This document shows, in pieces, positions 1 to 8,940 of a DNA stretch of 64,000 nucleotides. The position numbers and the translations under genes were made by a program. The DNA is taken from NCBI GenBank assembly GCA_045590815.1, contig JAZNRS010000026.1, positions 1,151 through 65,150 on the forward strand, read 5' to 3'. Under the pieces are notes generated by a model. The model saw nothing but the letters and a program-made list of their open reading frames with translations. It ran no database searches and was not told where the DNA came from. The stretch is from Faecousia sp. (GTDB lineage: Bacteria; Bacillota; Clostridia; Oscillospirales; Oscillospiraceae). Position 1 is the stretch's first letter; each line of letters begins with the position of its first letter.

Positions 1-525
1 CAAGCACTGTCTGAACTTCTATATCATCATTAAGAGTCAACATGAGATCAAGCAAAGCATTTGCTACGAATAATCCTCTCGAATTATTGCATCTCACTGC
101 AGAGTATGTTGTGTAATACCCATTTGCAAGATCGATGCCATAATCAATGAATGCCACCGCAGCAGTCTGTCTAGATAACAACTCATCAAGTGCACTGAAA
201 TAACCTCGAGCTACCGCAATACCATCTTCAACAGAATCACCGTACAGGTAAATGTCTACCAAATACGGATAAGAAGCTATCGCTTGAACCAATTCCTCAT
301 CGGTCATTTCATTTAATACTTCTTCTGGAATCCTTAACATATCAACCTTTTCCTGCACGGTATAATCACACCAATCATCCGACTCGACTGTGATTGCGTA
401 CGCATATCCATCAATTAGCATAACTGCTTCGTCGCTATTACTTAAGGTATCCGCAGCCATCACGGATGCGGACATCCCCATAAGTAATACCACCGTCAAA
501 AAACACTCACCACTTTATTAAACAT
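1..525 (-). pseudogene. Secreted hypothetical protein, frameshifted near its start; runs off the window edge
   Basis: RBS AAAGGAG and ATG at 525 give MFNKVVSVF*. One more T in the T6 run (498-503) restores MFNKVVSVFLTVVLLMGMSASVMAADT..., signal-peptide-like and open to position 1. May be an assembly error. Confidence 0.6.
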
Positions 526-539
526 AGCATAATCTCCTT

Positions 540-605
540 TCACACAATCCGAATTCCAAAATCGAGCAAAATCAAACGAGCCAGAGAAGTAAACAATATG
601 ATCAA
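540..605 (-). CDS. Candidate 21-aa hydrophobic small peptide (MIILFTSLARLILLDFGIRIV)
   Basis: AAAGGAGG RBS 7 nt before a TTG; TGCTATAAT extended -10 upstream; the TGA overlaps the next gene's RBS. Confidence 0.35.
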   Translation of the reverse strand: MIILFTSLARLILLDFGIRIV

Positions 606-719
606 CTAATAGCCTCCTTTCAAAATCATTATAGCACACAGCTCTAAATAAAACAATTGTATGAATTGATAAATATAGTGGTTGTTTTGTGGAATAGAAC
701 ACGAATATAAAAATATCAC

Positions 720-748
720 TTGACAATTCCAATTATCTGTGCTAGAAT
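720..748 (+). promoter_or_regulatory. Sigma-A promoter of rplJL
   Basis: TTGACA-17 bp-TAGAAT with TG extension. Confidence 0.8.
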
Positions 749-755
749 ACATGAG

Positions 756-863
756 TTGCCAGAGACAGCAGGTGGCGTAAGGCCGTAAATCCTGCCGAGG
801 TGCGCTGAATATCACTATTTCTGCGTGTCTTTCTGTCTGTTGGCAGAAGGACATTTTTTATTT
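756..863 (+). ncRNA. Ribosomal protein L10 leader (attenuator)
   Basis: GAGACAGCAGG...TAAATCCTGCCGAGG core upstream of rplJ, then hairpin 826-853 and a U tract. Confidence 0.85.
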
Positions 864-877
864 CGGAGGTGAAACTC

Positions 878-1408
878 ATGCCCAATGCAAAGGCTCTGGA
901 GAGCAAGAAGGCAGTTGTTGAAGCCCTGACCGGCAAGATCAAGGAAGCTACTTCCGTGGTTTTCGTCGACTACAAGGGTATCACCGTCGCTCAGGATACC
1001 GAGCTGCGTAAGGCTTTCCGTGATGCAGACGTAGAGTACACCGTTGTTAAGAACACCCTGACTCGCTTCGCTACCAAGAACATTGGCTACGATTTCGATG
1101 AGGTTCTCAACGGCACTACTGCTATGGCCAGCACCACCGGCGATCCCATCGCTCCCGCTCGTATCGTCTGCGAGTTTGCCAAGAAGAACAAGCTGAAGAC
1201 TCTGACCATCAAGGGTGGCGTTGTCGAAGGCAGTGTTCTGTCCGCCGATCAGCTGAACGGCTTCGGCGAGCTGCCCAGCAAGAACGCCCTGGTGGCTTCC
1301 GTCCTGGGTACCTTCCTGGCCCCCATTTCCAGCCTGGCTTTCGTCCTGGATCAGGTTCGTATCCAGAAGGAAGGCGGCGCTCCCGCTGCAGAAGCTGCGG
1401 AAGCCTAA
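878..1408 (+). CDS. rplJ: 50S ribosomal protein L10
   Basis: DYKGITV, VVKNTL and LPSK motifs; precedes rplL. Confidence 0.97.
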   Translation: MPNAKALESKKAVVEALTGKIKEATSVVFVDYKGITVAQDTELRKAFRDADVEYTVVKNTLTRFATKNIGYDFDEVLNGTTAMASTTGDPIAPARIVCEFAKKNKLKTLTIKGGVVEGSVLSADQLNGFGELPSKNALVASVLGTFLAPISSLAFVLDQVRIQKEGGAPAAEAAEA

Positions 1409-1467
1409 TTCATTCGTAAATCAACCAAACACATTAAATTATCTATTTATTTAGGAGGATTATTACC

Positions 1468-1839
1468 ATGGCTAGTGAAAAGATCACTGCTCTCGTTGAG
1501 GAAGTTAAGACTCTGACCGTTCTGGAGCTGTCCGAGCTGGTCCACGAGCTGGAGGAAGTTTTCGGCGTTTCCGCTGCCGCTGCCGCTGTTGCTGCTCCCG
1601 CTGCTGCTGCTGTTGAGGTCGAGGAGAAGACCGAGTTCGACGTCATTCTGAAGGCTGCTGGCGCTTCCAAGCTGGGCGTCATCAAGGTTGTCCGTGAGGC
1701 TACCGGCCTGGGTCTGAAGGTCGCTAAGGACCTGGTCGACAACTGCCCCAAGACCCTGAAGGAAGCTATCTCCAAGGAAGATGCTGAGGCTCTGGTCGCT
1801 AAGCTGAAGGAAGCTGGCGCTGAGGCTGAGATTAAGTAA
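1468..1839 (+). CDS. rplL: 50S ribosomal protein L7/L12
   Basis: [24 protein letters not shown], Ala-rich hinge. Confidence 0.98.
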   Translation: MASEKITALVEEVKTLTVLELSELVHELEEVFGVSAAAAAVAAPAAAAVEVEEKTEFDVILKAAGASKLGVIKVVREATGLGLKVAKDLVDNCPKTLKEAISKEDAEALVAKLKEAGAEAEIK

Positions 1840-1861
1840 TTTAACTCTCTTCTACACAAAC

Positions 1862-1896
1862 AAAACAGTCGCCTTTCGGCGACTGTTTTTGTTTTA
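1862..1896. terminator. Bidirectional intrinsic terminator
   Basis: AAAACAGTCGCC-TTTC-GGCGACTGTTTTT between convergent genes. Confidence 0.85.
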
Positions 1897-2838
1897 TCAG
1901 AAGGTTGCCACATCCGGATCAGCAGGCTCTGCAGGTGCGACGGAAACAGCTGTCAGCACCGGACCCAAATCGCCCTTGTACAGCGGATGCTTTTCCGCCG
2001 TGATCTTTGCCTGAACCTGCACCCAATCCCGGGATTTCAAATTCTTGCTCCCCTCATACCGGCAGGGAATGCCGCAGAACTGAATATCATCCACGCAGCA
2101 GGTCATTACGAAGCGACCAGGTGCAAACATACCGTTCTTCTCCCGGCGGAGCATGGCAACCTGACCTTTGAACGCAACGATCTTTCCGTCATACTTGGCG
2201 GACTCCTCGGTGACATCCCGATACCAAAGGGCGTAATCCTCGTCCTTGACTTCAATCACCGGAGCATTGATATCAAAGGGCAGCGGGTCGATCACATCGT
2301 CAAAGGCGGTAGAGCCGTCGGTATAGTCGTAAAGAATATCGATGCGACGGCTGGCTGCACGAGCCAGCTTATGCAGAGGCATGGTATCCTCACCGGGCTC
2401 CAGACGGTTGAATACCACCATCTGAGCACCCACCAGCTTGTCCATGATCAGGTTGCGCATATTGGCGTTATAGGTCATGAAGGTGGTGGAATCGGCAAAC
2501 ATGACCTCCTGGGCAACCGCCCAATCCTCCGGGAATCGGGTGTACAAGTCGCCCACAAGCTGCATGCCGTTCAGCTCCGCGACCACCCGCTGCGCCTTGT
2601 GCTTCTTAGCCAAAGCCTGCAGCTCCTTGGTGGTAACGCTCTGCTGATCCAGCACCTCCAAAAACACGTTCTGATAGGGATACTGGGAGAAATCATACTC
2701 CTCCTCGCCCTCTTCAAACACCAGCAGCAGCGTCCGCTCGCCGGCGTTGAAGCGAGGATCCTCCAGGGTTTCCTGGATGAATTTCGTCTTACCGGAATCC
2801 AGAAATCCGGTGAACACATATACGGGAATCTGCTGCAT
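1897..2838 (-). CDS. CobW-like GTPase domain plus C-terminal TIGR03943/DUF1980-like domain
   Basis: GFLDSGKT P-loop; GRFVMTCCVDDI motif; follows a COG0523 GTPase. Confidence 0.75.
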   Translation of the reverse strand: MQQIPVYVFTGFLDSGKTKFIQETLEDPRFNAGERTLLLVFEEGEEEYDFSQYPYQNVFLEVLDQQSVTTKELQALAKKHKAQRVVAELNGMQLVGDLYTRFPEDWAVAQEVMFADSTTFMTYNANMRNLIMDKLVGAQMVVFNRLEPGEDTMPLHKLARAASRRIDILYDYTDGSTAFDDVIDPLPFDINAPVIEVKDEDYALWYRDVTEESAKYDGKIVAFKGQVAMLRREKNGMFAPGRFVMTCCVDDIQFCGIPCRYEGSKNLKSRDWVQVQAKITAEKHPLYKGDLGPVLTAVSVAPAEPADPDVATF

Positions 2839-2840
2839 AC

Positions 2841-3983
2841 TTACACCCCAAACAGCGCCGCAACAGCGGGTTCATTCAGCTGCGCACCAATGACGCACAG
2901 CTTGCCGATGACGGCTGCGCCGCCCATGCGGATGTCCCCCTCGCCGGGGACGAAATCGAAGTGGATCCAGCCACCGTCGGCGCAGGCAACGATGCCTTTG
3001 GCACGGAGCACAGTACCGAACACGCCGGAATCCAGCTGACGCAGAGCGATCTCGATGTCCGCCTTGGTAAACTTTTTAGCGGTTTCTACGCCCCAGGAGG
3101 TGAAGACCTCGTCGGCGTGGTGGTGATGGTGATGATCATGGTCGTGGCCGCAGCAGCAGTGATCCTCATGGTGATGATGGTGATGCTCCTCGTGATGATG
3201 ACCGCAGCAGCAGTGATCCTCATCGTGGTGATGATGGTGGTGCTCCTCGTGGTGGTGACCGCAGCAGCAGTGATCCTCATCGTGGTGATGATGGTGGTGC
3301 TCCTCGTGATGATGTCCGCAGCAGCAGTGACCATCCTCATGGTGATGATGGTGATGGTGCTCCAGCTCCTCCAGATCCTTGGCAACGCCGGCGTTGCCCT
3401 CCATGGCCTCCAGCAGCTGTGCGCCGGTGAGCTGATCCCAGGGGGTGGTGACCAGCGCCGCATGGTCGTTATGCTCCCGGAGCAGTGCCACAGCGGTATC
3501 CAGCTTCGCCTGGGGAATGGCATCGGTACGGGAGAGGATGATGGTGGTTGCGGTTTCGATCTGATTGTTATAGAACTCACCGAAATTCTTGGTGTAGATC
3601 TTCACCTTGCCGGCATCGGCCACCGCCACGGTATAGCCCAGCACCACATCGTCGCAGGTGACCTTCTCCACAGCGGCGATCACGTCGGACAGCTTGCCCA
3701 CGCCGGAGGGCTCGATGATCACACGATCCGGATGGTACTGAGAAATGACCTCCTCCAAAGCCTTGCCGAAGTCGCCCACCAGGCTGCAGCAAATACAACC
3801 GGAATTCATCTCGGTGATGTTGATGCCTGCATCCTGCAGGAAGCCGCCGTCAATGCCGATCTCGCCAAATTCGTTCTCGATCAGCACGATCTTCTGACCG
3901 CAATAAGCCTCACTGATCATTTTCTTGATCAGCGTGGTTTTACCGGCGCCCAAAAAGCCGGAATAAATATCGATTTTTGTCAT
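2841..3983 (-). CDS. COG0523/CobW-family metallochaperone GTPase with His/Cys-rich insert
   Basis: GFLGAGKTT, ENEFGEIGIDG, GCICC, IEPSG, LRAKG; start moved to ATG 3983 after RBS GAGGTG. Confidence 0.92.
   Translation of the reverse strand: MTKIDIYSGFLGAGKTTLIKKMISEAYCGQKIVLIENEFGEIGIDGGFLQDAGINITEMNSGCICCSLVGDFGKALEEVISQYHPDRVIIEPSGVGKLSDVIAAVEKVTCDDVVLGYTVAVADAGKVKIYTKNFGEFYNNQIETATTIILSRTDAIPQAKLDTAVALLREHNDHAALVTTPWDQLTGAQLLEAMEGNAGVAKDLEELEHHHHHHHEDGHCCCGHHHEEHHHHHHDEDHCCCGHHHEEHHHHHHDEDHCCCGHHHEEHHHHHHEDHCCCGHDHDHHHHHHADEVFTSWGVETAKKFTKADIEIALRQLDSGVFGTVLRAKGIVACADGGWIHFDFVPGEGDIRMGGAAVIGKLCVIGAQLNEPAVAALFGV
3118..3359 (-). repeat. Intragenic 54-57 bp tandem repeat encoding HHHEEHHHHHHDEDHCCCG
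   Basis: Four CCGCAGCAGCAGTG copies (HCCCG) at periods of 19, 19 and 18 aa. Confidence 0.95.
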
Positions 3984-4099
3984 AATTTGCACCTCTGTTG
4001 TGGTATTTTTCTTTATTATACCACCGCAGTCCATCGGTGACAAGTCTTTTTTCCGCGCAGAAAAATTCCCCATTTGTCCTGGGACAAATGGGGATATTT

Positions 4100-5587
4100 T
4101 TATGATACCGGGATCAGAAGCATCTGTCCTGCCGGGGCTTCGGATTCCAAGCCGTTAGCCTGACGGATTGCGCTGACGGTGGAACCGCAGTTCTTTGCCA
4201 GTTCCCACAGGCTGTCACCCTGGGCTCTGCGCAGGATCAGCGAAGGACGTTGGGGATCCACAGCCTTCTGCTGCCCCAGCTCCAGGCCGGTGACCATGGG
4301 GATCTCCTCCCGGGATGCCGCAGACATTTCGCAGGCTACCTCCCGGCGGATGCACAGCTGATCGCCGTTTTGACTGACCATCGGATCGTCCATTTGGAGC
4401 ATTTCTCCGGAGATCCCTGCGGTGGCGCTCACGGGCAATTCCCAAACACCGCTGCCACGAAGCTGTGTGCTGCGCAGCTGACCTTCCCCGTCCTCATAAA
4501 GCACATGGTACGCCTCATTCAGCTCCATCTCCGCCAGGTCTCCAGCCTTCCGCAGCACCGGAAACTCCTGGCAGGTGCTTACATCCACGATCCGCCCCGG
4601 CTGCAGATTCACCGCACCCTCCACGACCACATTCTCCTGGGTGCGATCCAGCAACGCAGGCAGCTGCAGGCCTGCCATTTGAGGGACGACCTCCTGCCGG
4701 GGACTGTAGGCATCCTCAACGATCTCAGGAATGATCTGATCCCACACCGTATACTGGGCGATCAGTCCGCACTTGAGCGCCATTCGCCCCTCCGTCAAAG
4801 CGGTTTCCAGCCCGGACACCGCCATGGAGGCTGTCAGCGCCGCCTCCTTGTCATAATCCCGGTCCAGCTCGGAATACTGGGAAAAATCGCAGCTGGGATC
4901 CCAGGTATGAAGCTGTCCGTCGGCATCCTGGTACAGCACATGCAGCCGTGCATCCCCACGGAGCACCGCTTTATTGCCCAGCACCTGCTTTTCCCGGACT
5001 GTTGGCGTGACCTGGCAGCGAAGGAGGCGGTCCATGTCGGCTGGGGCTTGCAGCTCCTCGTCCATGGTGAACGCCTTCTCCCCTACCTCCGCAGGCACGG
5101 TCATGGGATAGCTGTTTTGCAGAAGCTCCACCCCCTCCGGCAGATTCGCAGGGATATAAACCGTCGCCAAATCAGCTTCCATCGCCTCCATTTGGACACC
5201 GGGGGTCGCCCGTACCATCAGCTTTCTGGCGGAAAGCATCCGTGCATCGATGCTCCGCAGCAGCCATGCACATCGCAAATATCCATCCCGACCACCTGTG
5301 GGAATGTCCCACTTCATCTGCGCCGGGATCCAAACCTCCAGACTTCTGGGCGCCGAGCCGTCCGCCGGGGCATAAAGGATCCACCCCATGATGCCGCCGG
5401 TTACCGTTGCGGTATCCCCATTCCATTGTTTTCCACGCATCACGCATTGTCCCCATGCGCCCAACACGCTCTGTATGTCCGGCCAGCCATCCGGCAGGCG
5501 CACCTCCTGGGTCTGCTCCTGATACTGGACTTGACTCAGTGCCGTCCGCAGGCAGGGGTACTCTTTTTTGTCAAATTGCAGCTCCAT
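4100..5587 (-). CDS. SPOCS (DUF3794) plus C-terminal LysM spore coat morphogenetic protein (SipL/SpoVID-like)
   Basis: C-terminal LysM (GDSLWELAK...IRQANGL...LLIP); EVRLPDGWPDI-type N-terminus; sigma-E-like promoter. Confidence 0.8.
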   Translation of the reverse strand: MELQFDKKEYPCLRTALSQVQYQEQTQEVRLPDGWPDIQSVLGAWGQCVMRGKQWNGDTATVTGGIMGWILYAPADGSAPRSLEVWIPAQMKWDIPTGGRDGYLRCAWLLRSIDARMLSARKLMVRATPGVQMEAMEADLATVYIPANLPEGVELLQNSYPMTVPAEVGEKAFTMDEELQAPADMDRLLRCQVTPTVREKQVLGNKAVLRGDARLHVLYQDADGQLHTWDPSCDFSQYSELDRDYDKEAALTASMAVSGLETALTEGRMALKCGLIAQYTVWDQIIPEIVEDAYSPRQEVVPQMAGLQLPALLDRTQENVVVEGAVNLQPGRIVDVSTCQEFPVLRKAGDLAEMELNEAYHVLYEDGEGQLRSTQLRGSGVWELPVSATAGISGEMLQMDDPMVSQNGDQLCIRREVACEMSAASREEIPMVTGLELGQQKAVDPQRPSLILRRAQGDSLWELAKNCGSTVSAIRQANGLESEAPAGQMLLIPVS

Positions 5588-5618
5588 GAAAACCACTCCT
5601 TATCCCACTTGCTATTAC

Positions 5619-5647
5619 ATCCTATGCCCACGGGGACAAGTTTATGC
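5619..5647 (-). promoter_or_regulatory. Sigma-E-like sporulation promoter
   Basis: GCATAAA-14 bp-CATAGGAT. Confidence 0.55.
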
Positions 5648-5649
5648 CA

Positions 5650-5799
5650 CTATTTTTTCTGGGTCACCAGCAACCCGATGGCTGCCAGGGCAATACCGCA
5701 GCAGTTGCGCACGATTTCCGATTCCAGCCAACAGCATGTCAGCATCCCAAGACCGAAAGCAAGGATCCCCACCCCCACAAGCTGATTCCTTCGGCACAT
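5650..5799 (-). CDS. 49-aa two-helix membrane protein missed by the ORF track
   Basis: MCRRNQLVGVGILAFGLGMLTCCWLESEIVRNCCGIALAAIGLLVTQKK*, RBS AGGGGTG. Confidence 0.6.
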   Translation of the reverse strand: MCRRNQLVGVGILAFGLGMLTCCWLESEIVRNCCGIALAAIGLLVTQKK

Positions 5800-5840
5800 A
5801 AAAACACCCCCTGCCAAAAATTATGGCAAGGGGTGTGAAA

Positions 5841-7214
5841 TTATGACTGGCTATCCAGCATGGTCTTGCACGCAGCCAAAATGGGCTGCAGGATGGGCAC
5901 GCACACCGACCTGCCATAGCCCGCATTCTCAACGGATGCGATGAACGCCAGGGGGTACTGCTCATCCATGACAAAGCCGGCGAACATGGCGTTGGACTTC
6001 TGATCGCCGCCCACCTGACCGGTACCGGACTTGGCACACACCGTCAGACCGGGGAAATTATCGGCGCCGTACTTGTCCACCACGTTTTTGCGCATCATTT
6101 GCTGAAGCTGTGTCGCCACTTCCTCCGGCATGATCCGCTCGCCCAGCACCGGCTGTGCCAAATAGGTCTGCTTGCCGCTGCAGGAAATGCTTCCCACCAC
6201 ATGGGGCTGCACAGCTTGTCCGCCGTTGGCGATGGCGCCCATATAGGTCAGAAAACCGCAGGGATTGATCTGATCCTTGTGCTGACCGATGGCGCTCCAC
6301 GCCACCTGCACCGGCGCCGCATCCTCCAGGGAAACGTTGCCCTTGGCAGTGGTGATGCCATCGAAGGAAACGGATTCGGTGATTTGGTATTTGTCCACAT
6401 ATTTCTGCAAGGCTTCCCCGCCCAGCTGATCGGCGATTTGGGCAAAGGCGCAATTGCAGGACTGGGTCAGCGCCTCCTCAAAGCTCAGCTTTCCATGAGC
6501 ACCCTCGCAGGTGACCTTGTCGATGCCGTACTCCCGGACGCCGGTGCAGGTGAAGGTCTGATCCCGGATATCCGGGATCTCCTCCAGAGCCGCAGCCACC
6601 GTCACCGTCTTGAAGATCGAGCCGGGAATGTACACCGACTGGGTAAACCGATTCATATACACGCCGGTATAAGCGCCGGTGGTATCCCCCTCAATGTCGG
6701 GAACGTCCTCCGGGTCATAGTTGGGCGTAGTCACCGCGCAGAGGATCTCGCCGGTTTTGTAATTGTACACCGCCACGGTGCCCTTATAGTCCCCCATGGC
6801 CTCCAGGGCGATCTTTTGCAGCTCACCGGAGAGAGTCAAGGTCGCCTTGGCATCCTCGGTGTAGACGTAAATGCCGGTGACCGGGTTGTATTTGATCAGC
6901 TCAGCGGCGTAATGGGGCACCGCCGGGGCGTGGATGTTGCCCACCCGGTCGCCGATCCAATGAACGGTCGCCATGCGCAGCGCCTTGTCGGTGGTGTAGC
7001 TCAGCTCCTCCTTCTGCTGCATCAGCAGATTGCCGTCCCGGTCCACCACCGTGCCAGTGCCGATATTGATCTCATTGTAAACATGAGGACTGCCCTGGGT
7101 GATGACCCATTGATCACCCTTAATGAAGTATTCCACCAGGAAGAATACAACGCCGCCCAGCAGCAGCGCCACCAACACCCAAACGGCGATGGCCCGTAAT
7201 GCGATCCTATTCAT
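5841..7214 (-). CDS. Class B penicillin-binding transpeptidase (PbpA-like)
   Basis: PGSIFK (SxxK), SCN, KSGT motifs; N-terminal TM helix; overlaps the SEDS gene stop. Confidence 0.9.
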   Translation of the reverse strand: MNRIALRAIAVWVLVALLLGGVVFFLVEYFIKGDQWVITQGSPHVYNEINIGTGTVVDRDGNLLMQQKEELSYTTDKALRMATVHWIGDRVGNIHAPAVPHYAAELIKYNPVTGIYVYTEDAKATLTLSGELQKIALEAMGDYKGTVAVYNYKTGEILCAVTTPNYDPEDVPDIEGDTTGAYTGVYMNRFTQSVYIPGSIFKTVTVAAALEEIPDIRDQTFTCTGVREYGIDKVTCEGAHGKLSFEEALTQSCNCAFAQIADQLGGEALQKYVDKYQITESVSFDGITTAKGNVSLEDAAPVQVAWSAIGQHKDQINPCGFLTYMGAIANGGQAVQPHVVGSISCSGKQTYLAQPVLGERIMPEEVATQLQQMMRKNVVDKYGADNFPGLTVCAKSGTGQVGGDQKSNAMFAGFVMDEQYPLAFIASVENAGYGRSVCVPILQPILAACKTMLDSQS

Positions 7215-8922
7215 CCTCATCCCTCCCGAACACGCCCAGCCGCACGGCGAAGCTGGCATTCTGCCGGGTATCCGCCGCCTTGATAAAGGCCAGCAGTCCC
7301 CAGGCGCACATCATACTGGAGCCGCCGTTGGATACAAAGGGGAAGGTCACGCCGGTGAGGGGCAGCACGTCCACCGTGCCCAGCACGTTGAACATGGTCT
7401 GCACCAGCATGATGCTAGCAGCGGTGCAGGCACCGATGGAATAGAAGCTGCTGCGACTGACGGTGGTGCACCGCAGCGCAAACAGCGCCAGCACCACCAG
7501 CGCGCCGATGAGCAGCACCGGCATCAAAATGCCCCATTCCTCCGACAAGGTAGCAAATACCACGTCGGAATCAGCGGCAAACATATTTTTCATCCAGCCC
7601 TGTCCGATACCAAGACCGAACAGTCCGCCGGAGGAAATGCACATCAGCGCCCGGGTCTGCTGATAACCGGCCCCCAGGGGATCGTCCCAAATGTGCCGCC
7701 AGCTGGCGAAGCGCTTCAAGGCATGGGGCGCCATTTTAATGCCGATGACACTGGCAAAGCCCAGTCCCGTCACCGCCAGGGCGATGGTTCCAACGCTGCC
7801 GGAGCGCATAAACGCGATCATCAAAAAGGCAAAGAAGAAGATCAGCGCCGTGCCGAAATCGTTCATCAGCGCCAAACAGCCGCACAAAATCACGGTGTAT
7901 ATAATGAAGCTGATCAGATTCCGCTTATTCATCAGCCGATCCATGGTGGATGCGCCCACATACACGAAGCAAACCTTCGCCAGCTCCGAGGGCTGGATGG
8001 ACATGGGACCGATGATCAGCCAGTTTTTGGCGCCGTAGTATTCTTTTCCGAATACCAATGTCACCGCCAACAGCAGTACGCCGCCCACAGCTGCCACATA
8101 GCGCATGATCTTCGCCCGTTCCAGGTCACGCATGGTCCAGCCCACCACCAGGAAAATGGCGACGCCCAGCACCATAGCGATGAGCTGCTTGACGGATTCT
8201 TCGGGCTTTACGGTGCAGATCGCTGCCATACCCATGGTGCAAAGGAAGAAGGCGATGGTTTCCACCTCAAAAGCCGGTCGCTGAATGCCCAGATAGAAGA
8301 GCAGCAGGAGCCATTGTACCAGCATGATACCGCCGTAGCCCAAAAGGATGGACAGGGCGTGTTCCCCGCCGCCGCTGAGCAAAAAGCCCAGGCAGCTCAG
8401 GGCTTGAAAAATCGACAAGATCAGCAAATTGGTGATGCTGTCCATACCGCTGGAGGCCTTGGTGCGAAGCTCCGCCAAACGTGCCTCCTGGCGCTGGGAA
8501 ATGGGCTTCAGCTTCATTTCCACACCGCCGATGGAGAAGATGTCCTCCTCGGTGATGGCGCTGATGGTGACCTTTTCGCCGTTGACCAGCACGCCGTCCT
8601 TGGAATTGGTGTCGGTGATGGTCCAGCTGCCATCATCATACCGGGTCAAAACCGCATGATTCCGGGAAACCGTGGGAAAATCGATGACCAAATCGCACCG
8701 CTTGTGCCGTCCGATCACGTTTTCCCAATGGGTAATGGGCATTTTTCTGCCGTTGGGCATGCACAGCCAGCCCCAGATCTCCGGCTCCCGGCGGAAGCTC
8801 ACCAGGGGCTTGCAGCTGCGCCACAAAATCAGCAGGGCGAGGATCAATGCCCCGTAACGCATCACCGCAAGATATACATTTGTAAAAGCGTCCTGCACAT
8901 TCGATGCCAAAAACAGCGGCAT
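7207..8922 (-). CDS. FHA domain fused to FtsW/RodA/SpoVE SEDS protein
   Basis: FHA: IGR...VSRNHA...DTNSKDGVLVNG; SEDS: IQPSELAK, GGLFGLG, LPLTGVTFPFVSNGGSS. Confidence 0.9.
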   Translation of the reverse strand: MPLFLASNVQDAFTNVYLAVMRYGALILALLILWRSCKPLVSFRREPEIWGWLCMPNGRKMPITHWENVIGRHKRCDLVIDFPTVSRNHAVLTRYDDGSWTITDTNSKDGVLVNGEKVTISAITEEDIFSIGGVEMKLKPISQRQEARLAELRTKASSGMDSITNLLILSIFQALSCLGFLLSGGGEHALSILLGYGGIMLVQWLLLLFYLGIQRPAFEVETIAFFLCTMGMAAICTVKPEESVKQLIAMVLGVAIFLVVGWTMRDLERAKIMRYVAAVGGVLLLAVTLVFGKEYYGAKNWLIIGPMSIQPSELAKVCFVYVGASTMDRLMNKRNLISFIIYTVILCGCLALMNDFGTALIFFFAFLMIAFMRSGSVGTIALAVTGLGFASVIGIKMAPHALKRFASWRHIWDDPLGAGYQQTRALMCISSGGLFGLGIGQGWMKNMFAADSDVVFATLSEEWGILMPVLLIGALVVLALFALRCTTVSRSSFYSIGACTAASIMLVQTMFNVLGTVDVLPLTGVTFPFVSNGGSSMMCAWGLLAFIKAADTRQNASFAVRLGVFGRDEDE

Positions 8923-8940
8923 TTTCCTCACCTCCCGTGT

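Noticed and set aside
3118-3359. Regular repeats resembling a CRISPR array
   Set aside because: In-frame coding repeats with no unique spacers and no cas genes.
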